Part shown: positions 8,193 through 15,898 of the stretch, one piece after another
Position numbering within the stretch: the first letter of the stretch is position 1
Layout: every line of letters starts with the position of its first letter
From: Octopus sinensis
Taxonomy: Eukaryota
DNA: 15,898 nucleotides
Assembly: GCF_006345805.1 (NCBI RefSeq)
Contig: NW_021825271.1
Span: forward strand, 1-15,898
Reading direction: 5' to 3'
The notes under the pieces: model-generated
What the model saw: only the letters and a program-made list of their open reading frames with translations
Told to the model about the DNA's origin: nothing
Databases searched by the model: none
Made by a program: the position numbers and the translations under genes

Positions 8193-8418
8193 TTGTGTTC
8201 GTGTTTATCCCCACCACCGCTCGACAACCGATGCTGGTTTGTTTACGCTCCCGTAAACTAACGGTTTGGTAAAGCGAGACTGATAAAATAAGCAGCAGGC
8301 TTTAAATGAAATTTGTACTCGGGTATAAATAAAACCTTGTTTAAATAATACCATGAAGGCGATGCCCCAGCATGACTGCATTCCAATGACTAAACCATGT
8401 AAAGGATAAAAAGATAAA
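8193..8418 (+). mobile_element. Diverged 3' half of SINE family B, inverted relative to 7763-8158
   Basis: GACAACCGATGCTGG, TAAAATAAGCAGCAGGCTT and AAGGCGATGCCCCAGCATG..AATGACTAAAC match the reverse complement of 7765-7960. Confidence 0.8.
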
Positions 8419-8420
8419 TA

Positions 8421-8640
8421 TGAGGGGGTGCTGAAGATTTTCTGGCATTAAGGGTGTCGCGGAAGGTCCGGCTGGAGGCCCAGCCTTCCTAGTTCTTTTA
8501 CAGGGCTTAGAAAAACTGAAGGACCGCTGCAATAAGTGTGTGACACTGAAAGGGGAATATGTTGAATAAAATCATAATCAACTGATCCTCTTGTATTTTC
8601 TTTTACCCAAAGCCCAGAACTATTCAACACCACACCCCTC
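8421..8640 (+). mobile_element. Mariner-derived MITE (internally deleted) retaining the transposase C-terminus
   Basis: TA at 8419-8420, then left TIR TGAGGGGGTGCTGAAGATTTTCTGGC. Degenerate right TIR GCCCAGAACTATTCAACACC. Positions 8498-8569 translate to LQGLEKLKDRCNKCVTLKGEYVE*, the typical mariner C-terminal motif. Confidence 0.85.
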
Positions 8641-8684
8641 CCTCACCCCGTTTAAGTGTGCTTGTATGTGTATGTGTGTGCGTG

Positions 8685-8744
<60 letters not shown>

Positions 8745-8967
8745 GGTCATTTCCTTTTGCTGGCTTGCCCTCTCATTTCTTTCCTTCTCCTGCCACTACG
8801 CCACCTCTGCCAGTGTCAATCAACTCAACATCTACCCCTGGCTCTTCCTAGCCACCACACACATGTATCAGTATCTACGTTTGTGGGTGTGTATGCAAGT
8901 GTATGTATGTATGTGTGTCTGTGTCTGTGTGTGCGGGCGTGCTGGTATCTCACTATCTATCTCACTA

Positions 8968-8969
8968 TG

Positions 8970-9053
<84 letters not shown>
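8968..9053. repeat. (TATC)n microsatellite
   Basis: Direct. Confidence 0.97.
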
Positions 9054-9054
<1 letters not shown>

Positions 9055-9253
9055 GTGTGTGTGAGTGTGCGCGCGTACGTGTGTAAACTTATCGTCGTTT
9101 TCTTTTTATTTCTGAAATGATAATAAGACAAGTAACAATATAAGGGACATCATTATACCAGCGACCAGAATATCAAATTCAATTAGTGACAACAGGAGAC
9201 ACTAACTCCCTATAATTACCACCTATTGCAATACAATATAATTGTGTGCCAGC

Positions 9254-9800
9254 GGGGTGGAGTCTATGTCAGGTGTGGCCAACCTATTTCAAGAAGCGAG
9301 CCGCAATGACAGAGCCGTCTCAGCAGCATTATAGACCCCTAGGCAAATCAATGCAATGGACTCTATGTTATTTATTTACAGGGGTAGAACTGATGTCAAA
9401 CATGGGCAACCTTTTTCAAGAAGCGGGCTGCATGACAGAACCGTCTCAAGCAGCATTATAGACCCCTAGGCAAATCAATGCAATGGACCCTATGTTATTT
9501 ATTTACAGGGATAGAGCTAATGTCAAACATGGGCAACCTTTTTCAAGAAGCGGGCTGCATGACAGAACCTTCTCAAGCAGCATTAAAGACCCCTAGGCAA
9601 ATCAATGCAAGGGACCCTATGTTATTTATTTACAGGGGTAGAGCTGATGTCAAACATGGGCAACCTTTTTCAAGAAGCGGGCTGCATGACAGAACCGTCT
9701 CAAGCAACATTCAAGTCCCCTGGGTAAATGAAGCCAGTGGACCCTATATTTTTATTACTGAAGTGAAGTCTATGTCAGGCATGGCAACTTTTTCAAGAGG
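9254..9800. repeat. Tandem array of 127-bp units, ~4.3 copies
   Basis: Anchor GACCCCTAGG/GTCCCCTGGG at 9334, 9461, 9588 and 9715, giving a period of 127. The inner units are nearly identical and the outer units are diverged. Confidence 0.95.
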
Positions 9801-9956
9801 TTGTTTCAATAGGTTGTTTCAATCATAGCTGACCTGAGGTTAAGCAGCAGCAACAGTCACAACAGATAACATCATGACCATCCTTTCCATGGTCATTGAC
9901 TGGACAGACACCATCCTACTTACACTTCTGAAGAGTCTACATTATTTTAAGTGCCC

Positions 9957-10430
9957 TTCTTCTTCTTCTTCTTCTTCTTCTTCTTCTTTTCTTTCTTTTT
10001 CTTCTTCTTCTTCTTCTTGTTTTCTTTCTTCTTCTTCTTCTTCTTCTTCTTCTTCTTTTCTTTTTCTTTTTTCTTCTTCTTCTTCTTCTTCTTTTTCTTT
10101 TTCTTTCTTCTTCTTCTTTTTCTCTTCTCTTCTTCTGTCTTCTTCTTCTTCTTCTTATTTTCTTCTTCTTCTTCTTCTTCTTCTTCTTCTTCTTCTTTCT
10201 TCTTTCTTCTTCTCTTCTTCTTTTTTCTTCTTTTCTTCTTCTTCTTCTTTTTCTTCTTCTTCTTTCTTCTTTTCTTCTTCTCTTCTTCTTCTTTCTTCTT
10301 ATTCTTCTTCTTCTTCTTTCTTCTTCTCTTCTTTCTCTTCTTCTTTTTCTTCTTTTTCTTCTTCTTTTCTTCTTCTTATCTTCTTCTTCTTCCTCCTTCT
10401 TCTTTCTCCTCTTCTTCTTCTTCTTCTCTC

Positions 10431-10468
<38 letters not shown>

Positions 10469-10580
10469 TCATTCTTCCGTCTTCTTTTACTGCCTTTTAC
10501 TCTTATTGCGCACTTTCTCTTTTCTCTCTTCATCTCTCTTCCTCATTATTGCCTCCCTTCTCCTTTCTCTCTCACTCTGA
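9957..10580. repeat. Degenerate (TTC)n expansion grading into (CT)n; near-pure homopyrimidine tract
   Basis: Direct. It generates the poly-S/F and poly-R/K/E pseudo-ORFs. Confidence 0.97.
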
Positions 10581-10642
10581 TATTTCTGGTGCTTCCGAGT
10601 ACCAAGATATTTGTCTCGGTTTCCCATAGCTTTCATACTTAC

Positions 10643-10732
10643 CCGTTATTTGCTCCTTTTGGAACTCAACCACACTCCATGTTAATTCTTTACAAAGCCC
10701 TGTTTCGGTTCCATTTGTTGAAATGCTAATGT
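10643..10732 (-). CDS. Candidate 90-nt internal coding exon (phase 1-1), product unknown: (D)ISISTNGTETGLCKELTWSVVEFQKEQIT(G)
   Basis: Acceptor TTAATTCCAG and consensus donor CGG|GTAAGT. Only one frame is open and it is closed by TAG just upstream of the acceptor. The length is a multiple of 3. No homology was recognised. Confidence 0.4.
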
Positions 10733-11039
10733 CTGGAATTAACTAATTCTTCTCACCCAGCATCGCCTATATGCTCACTGTCCCCGGTTTGCCTGTTCTG
10801 TTTTACACCAGTCGAAAGACTTCCATAAACGCACTATTCTACGTCTTACTATCCCAATCATTTACTTTGGTCCTCACTAATCATTTCCCTAATACCTGAA
10901 GCTTACGGTCCTGCTGTAATGTACCGAAATCGTGATTTTAAACTCAAGAGCTGATAAAGGGATATTTGCTTCTCTGTTTGTGTCTCTCCATGTTTTATTT
11001 ATTTGATTTGTTATTTGCGCTTAATCTCTCTCTCTCTCT

Positions 11040-11078
<39 letters not shown>

Positions 11079-11510
11079 CTCTCTCCTTCAAAGACGAAAA
11101 AAAAAAAAGGTATTCTAATTACTATACAATTCTTGATTTACCGAAATTATCTTCACTCCAAGATAAGGTAAAGAAATATATAGCAACATTTTCAACCAGC
11201 TTAAGATTGGAAGGGGTGATAATCTCAACAAATCAAAATTAACCTGGAATTAACATGCCTATAAGAGTTGGGGTGAGTAGAGAAGAGGGCAGCAGTGAGG
11301 TTGACAAATTCATAAATAAACAATGATATGATACTGCCGAAAGAGGAACAGATGTGCCAATTGACACACAACGGGGAAAATAAAATGAATATCATCGTTT
11401 CTGTTTAGACTGTTTTAAAAGAAAAGAAATAAAACGATATCGTTGTTTTTATGTCTCATAACATAGATAGCTCTTTGATAAGAGAGATCAACATGACATA
11501 CGTGAAGAAA

Positions 11511-11571
11511 TTGTAAGAAGTTTACTTCTCGACCACAAGGTTCCGGGTTCTGACCCACTGCGTGGCACCTT
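11511..11571 (+). mobile_element. SINE family B 5' head fragment
   Basis: GTAAGAAGTTTACTT..ACCACAAGGTTCCGGGTTCTGACCCACTGCGTGGCACCTT matches the head of 7763-8158. Confidence 0.8.
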
Positions 11572-12024
11572 CCAATCTTCTCCAGTGGTGAAATGATTAA
11601 AGAATATTTTTTATTTATGGAAGATGGGGTTCCTTGTCACACGGCTAAAATGACCCAGAATTTGTTGGATGAGAATGGCATTAAAAAACTTCCATGGCCA
11701 AGTCAGTCAACAGATTTGAACCCTATTGAACACCTCTGGGACATAAATGGACAGAACATTCATAAAAAGAACAAGAAAGCATCTTCAAACTCAGATCTTT
11801 TGAGATTACTGCATGAAACTTGGCAAGAAATTCTGCAAGAGAATATTCGTCATCTGATCAGTAACATGCCTAATAGGGTCCTTGCATTGAAAAATGCGAA
11901 GGGTATGCCTACTAAATATTAAATATTCACATTATAACAATTAATAGATAACTTGAATGTATAATTTCAGATTTAAATAAATTTTAATGATTATTAGGGT
12001 GTCTATTTACTTCTGCCATGTCTG
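11572..12024 (+). mobile_element. Tc1-family DNA transposon 3' portion: transposase C-terminus (D34E) and right TIR
   Basis: ORF 11593..11922 contains MEDGVPCH...WPSQSTDLNPIEHLW, with exactly 34 residues between D and E, and ends ...AKGMPTKY*. The right TIR GGGTGTCTATTTACTTCTGCCATGTCTG (11997-12024) is followed by TA. The N-terminal half and left TIR are absent. Confidence 0.93.
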
Positions 12025-12062
<38 letters not shown>

Positions 12063-12393
12063 TATATATATGTATGTATCACGATAAGGCGTGATTTTGA
12101 GATGGAGATTTGCGTGCTATTTCTTACATGTCGAGTGATCTCAGAAAGACTCTATTATTGTCTCGCTTCAATGCGATGCTCCATTATGGCAGCTGCAATC
12201 CAATCAACGATTGGGATCAGTAATAAAATAAACACACTACACACACGTGTGTGCGTGTGTGTACATTGGTCTCAAAATTTGGCACAAAGCAAGCAATTTC
12301 GGGGGAGGAAAGAAGTCGATTACAGCGACCCCAGTAATCATCAGGTACTTATTTTATCGACTCCAAAATGATGAAAGGCAAATTCGACCTCGG

Positions 12394-12696
12394 TTGTTTG
12401 TTCCTTCTCGGGCCATGCCTGGCTCATAAGGGCCGGTTTCCCGGTTTCCTTGGCGAATACGTTCCCCACCTGGACGGGACGCCGGTCCGTCGCAGGTGAG
12501 CTGCAAGATGCAGGAGGAAAGAGTGAGAGAAAGTTGTGGCAAAGAGTCAGCAGAAGTTCGCCTTTACCTTCTGCCGGAGCCGTGTGGAGCTTAGGTGTTT
12601 CGCTCATAAACACACATATCGCCTGGTCTGAGATTCGAACCCGCGATCCCTCAGCCGCGAGTCCACTGCTCTAACCACTAGGCCATGTGCCTCCAC
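12394..12696 (-). mobile_element. Young tRNA-derived SINE family C, copy 1, with 14-bp TSD AAATTCGACCTCGG
   Basis: Minus strand has a canonical A box TGGCCTAGTGG and B box GGTTCGAATC, central CCTGCGACGGACCGGCGTCCCGTCCAGG and an (AAC)n-type tail. TSD at 12380-12393 and 12697-12710. Confidence 0.92.
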
Positions 12697-12758
12697 AAAT
12701 TCGACCTCGGTACTTATTTTATCGACTCCAAAATGATGAAAGGCAAATTCGACCTCGG

Positions 12759-13064
12759 TTGTTGTTTGTTCCTTCTCGAGCCATGCCTGGCTCATAAGGG
12801 CCGGTTTCCCGGTTTCCTTGGCGAATACGTTCCCCACCTGGACGGGACGCCGGTCCGTCGCAGGTGAGCTGCAAGATGCAGGAGGAAAGAGTGAGAGAAA
12901 GTTGTGGCAAAGAGTCAGCAGAAGTTCGCCCTTACCTTCTGCCGGAGCCGTGTGGAGCTTAGGTGTTTCGCTCATAAACACACATATCGCCTGGTCTGAG
13001 ATTCGAACCCGCGATCCCTCAGCCGCGAGTCCACTGCTCTAACCACTAGGCCATGTGCCTCCAC
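12759..13064 (-). mobile_element. SINE family C, copy 2 (product of tandem duplication)
   Basis: Differs from copy 1 by 2 substitutions and one 3-bp tail indel. The same TSD is at 12745-12758 and 13065-13078. Confidence 0.92.
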
Positions 13065-13398
13065 AAATTCGACCTCGGTGCCGTATTTGAACTAAGAACA
13101 TAAAGCATTTTGTGCGGTGTGCTAATCATGTGTGTGTATATTATTCTATCACCTATACACGTGTGTAGTATGTTTGTGTATATATATATATATGTGTGTG
13201 TTTAAATGAAAAAGGAGGTAAGAGAGAGCATATACACTTTTGTTTTGGAGTATGTGTGTGAATATGCCTGAGAATGTATTATTTGTGTGCGAGCTTAAAT
13301 AGAATATTTATGTGTGTATGTTTTCGCGCGCGTTTCTGAGCGCTGTTTTATGCGTGGTTCGCCTCTTTCTTACCCCATTTAGCTTTGATGGGATTTAC

Positions 13399-13425
13399 CT
13401 GTCATTTTTGGCGGGAAGCGATGAC
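13399..13425 (-). CDS. Candidate 27-nt exon (phase 1-1) or start-codon-bearing exon: GTCATCGCTTCCCGCCAAAAATGACAG
   Basis: Strong acceptor CTTTTCCTACAACAG and donor CAG|GTAAAT. The ATG at 13405-13403 sits in an AAAAATG context. The phase-1 end joins in frame to 10732 to give MTDISISTNG... Confidence 0.35.
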
Positions 13426-13834
13426 CTGTTGTAGGAAAAGTCCAGATGACTACCACGTTATTGAGCAGTCTAGCTAGCTAGCATCATTGTTGTGTACACT
13501 CCTTTTTAATGTATGTATAGGTATGTTGTGTTTAGCCTCATACATTTGAGACTCTTCCCGCCCAAACATCAGCCACTGATTTCTAAAATCTATTTAATGC
13601 CTGTATACATACTTTCACACGCCCTTGGATGTTGTATACACCCAGTCTTCTGTCGCCCTATCCTCCTTTGTCTCAATCTTTCTCCCTCTCTCCTTCACCT
13701 TTCCGCTCTCTCTCCCTCTCTTTCTCCCTCTCTCCTTCACCTTTCCGCGCTCTCTCCCTCTCTTTCTTCCTCTCTTCCCTTCTTTACATGTACACACGCG
13801 CGCGAACACAAACACACAGATAGAGGGATAGATG

Positions 13835-14105
<271 letters not shown>

Positions 14106-14186
14106 AGTTGGATAAATACACACATGAATGGATGGATAGATAGGTATATAGACACATTGTTGAATTGTACCTAGGGCGGGTGTTAT

Positions 14187-14273
14187 GTTATATATATATA
14201 TATAATATATATTATATTATATATATATATTATATATTATATATATATATAGTATATATATATAATATATATA

Positions 14274-14328
<55 letters not shown>
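14187..14328. repeat. Long (TA)n microsatellite
   Basis: Direct. Confidence 0.97.
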
Positions 14329-14330
<2 letters not shown>

Positions 14331-14373
14331 GAACAATCTTACTTAGAAAGGGATGCGTGTGTTCCGTCATATA

Positions 14374-14733
14374 ATATATTAATAAATAAAACATATGCAT
14401 ATATATATATATATATATATACATATCTGTACGTACCTACCTCTACATGTATATATATACGCATATATGGGTACAGGACACAAAAAAAAAACGTCGAACA
14501 CAATGGGAAACGAAAACATAAACGCAAAACCAAGGAACTGGACATTTTTCTTAAACAACAAAAAAATAGAGTACAGGACAAATAACACATGGAAAATTCC
14601 CCTTCTTCAGTCGCCTTGGTTTCATCTACTCTGCGTTTCGAAGGTGTTCTGTACCCATATATGCGTGCATATATACATGTAGAGGTAGGTACGTACATAT
14701 ATGTATATATATATGCATATGTTTTATTTATTA

Positions 14734-14739
<6 letters not shown>
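14374..14739. repeat. Foldback: ~100-bp inverted arms (14374-14481 / 14644-14739) around a 162-bp spacer with Penelope-like motifs
   Basis: The arms differ by 4 substitutions plus (TA)n length. The spacer minus strand contains CCTTCGAAACGC and CTGAAGAAGG followed by a T-rich tail. Confidence 0.9.
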
Positions 14740-14770
<31 letters not shown>

Positions 14771-15185
14771 GTGTGTAATCCTAATCGAGAAGGAATAAAC
14801 TCACCTAGGTGGAATGAATACATTTTTCTTATCTGTACTTTCAATCATATACACAAAAAATATATATGCGTATATATGCTTATACATTCACACATAGATG
14901 CATACAAACAGTCATAGAGATATGCATATATGCATACATGCATATATATTATACATACATAACCTACATACATACACACACTCATACATACATCCATATA
15001 TACAAATATACATACATGCATACATGTATGCATATACATATATTCATACATACAATCATATCCCTATCTTTTGGATGTATGTATATATATGCACATATAA
15101 GTGCAATATCTATGCATCTATGCATGCATACATAGAAATTCAAGAACTAGATAAAAGTGGATGCATACATACACACATACATACA

Positions 15186-15246
15186 GTCCTTTGCGGCCAT
15201 GCTGGGGCACACACTTATTGTAATTGATCAATTCAACTTCAATACT
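15186..15246 (-). mobile_element. SINE family B 3'-end fragment
   Basis: TGCGGCCATGCTGGGGCAC..TGATCAATTCAAC..ATACTT resembles 7790-7850. Confidence 0.55.
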
Positions 15247-15251
15247 TCAGT

Positions 15252-15345
15252 ATGGTACATATCTTCGGTATGGTACATATGGTACATAACTTCCGTATGG
15301 TATATTTGGTGCAGTTTGGTACATATGGTACTGTGTGGTATTGTA
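15252..15345. repeat. 9-bp unit minisatellite (ATGGTACAT-like)
   Basis: ATGGTACAT and variants repeated at ~9-bp spacing. Confidence 0.75.
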
Positions 15346-15456
15346 CAGTATGCATGTATCTATGGAGCCGTTTTCAGGATATAAAAATATATAACACAAA
15401 CAAAAATTTTGGTTTTTAAACGAATGTTAACATTAATACGGTCACAGACATACAGA

Positions 15457-15472
15457 GACACACACACACACA

Positions 15473-15512
<40 letters not shown>

Positions 15513-15795
15513 TGATATACATACACGTATAGATACCGACACACAGAGACATACGTACTTTTACACACGTACACATATAGGTACCCCACCACACACAAAT
15601 ACGCTCACATTCACACAGACATACATACACATACACACATGTGTGTATAGAGTGTAAACACACTCGCACACATAAATGAACATACACACATACACGTATC
15701 GATAACGACACACACACTCGTACATCAACACACACACGTATATACACCGACACGCACGCACACCTATACACACACACTCACACACACACACACGT
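15457..15795. repeat. Degenerate (CA)n/(TACA)n low-complexity region
   Basis: Direct. Confidence 0.92.
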
Positions 15796-15898
15796 ATATC
15801 ATTTTCCACATCTTAGAGTCAGATTTACTTTTTCATGACCAGTTCTAGCTAATACAGTTCTTGACCTAATTAAATATGATAAAGTTCATTGAAAAAGA

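Larger units (their letters stand above)
12269..13127 (-). mobile_element. SINE family A host copy, split by a SINE C insertion and a tandem duplication
   Basis: Tail AAAATTTGGCACAAAGC.., core GGTACTTATTTTATCGACTCCAAAATGATGAAAGGCAAATTCGACCTCGG, and head resuming at 13079 (TGCCGTATTTGAACTAAGAAC..GTGCTAATC). Confidence 0.85.

Noticed and set aside
9088-9113. Strong minus-strand acceptor TCTTATTATCATTTCAG giving EIKRKRR* in phase 1
   Set aside because: It runs straight into microsatellite, with no donor or polyA support. It cannot be distinguished from chance.
9254-9800. Possible CRISPR-like array
   Set aside because: Whole units are repeated with no unique spacers, in a eukaryotic context.
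9246-9828. Repeating ORFs MQWTLCYLFTG...
   Set aside because: They are by-products of the 127-bp array. The period is not a multiple of 3, so the frame shifts in each unit.
9874-10629. 251-aa poly-Ser, 209-aa poly-Phe and 198-aa Arg/Lys-rich ORFs
   Set aside because: They are simple readings of the (TTC)n tract, which cannot contain stops in most frames.
10896-10950. Minus-strand candidate exon with a good acceptor (CCCTTTATCAG) and two possible donors
   Set aside because: No open frame ends in phase 1, so it cannot join the 10732 exon in frame.
12620-12696. Possible tRNA gene (also 12988-13064)
   Set aside because: A and B boxes are present, but the sequence continues into a SINE body and tail with a TSD, and a complete cloverleaf acceptor stem is not evident.
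12341-13042. Duplicated ORFs of 60-125 aa on both strands
   Set aside because: They lie wholly within GC-rich SINE C copies and are non-coding.
13681-13765. 42-bp CT-rich direct repeat, two copies
   Set aside because: Ordinary slippage in low-complexity DNA.
14600-14645. Type-II (permuted) hammerhead from CGAAACGC...CTGAAGAAGG
   Set aside because: Stem III has only 2 bp and stem I does not pair. It is kept only as a Penelope-like motif, not called as a ribozyme.

Overview
A 15.9 kb AT-rich, microsatellite-dense animal genomic window. It is probably octopus or another cephalopod, inferred only from recalled SINE families. It is almost entirely repeats. These include three tRNA-derived SINE families (labelled A, B and C here), an intact CR1/L2-type RT fragment, a long decayed RTE-clade LINE, a Tc1 (D34E) 3' end with its TIR, a mariner-derived MITE, a Helentron-like non-autonomous element, a 127-bp tandem array and large (TA)n, (TACA)n, (TCTA)n and (TTC)n tracts. 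Most long ORFs in the supplied track are microsatellite translation artefacts. Two phase-compatible candidate exons on the minus strand (13425-13399 and 10732-10643) may belong to an unidentified host gene. The most interesting signal is two minimal type-I hammerhead-ribozyme-like motifs with palindromic stem III (667-701 minus, 1299-1360 plus). Each is followed by a ~100-nt tail and a (TA)n tract, and one directly adjoins a perfect 72-bp inverted copy of nearby DNA. A second near-perfect foldback (14374-14739) has similar geometry around Penelope-like motifs. All alignments and folds were done by eye; none was confirmed by database search.
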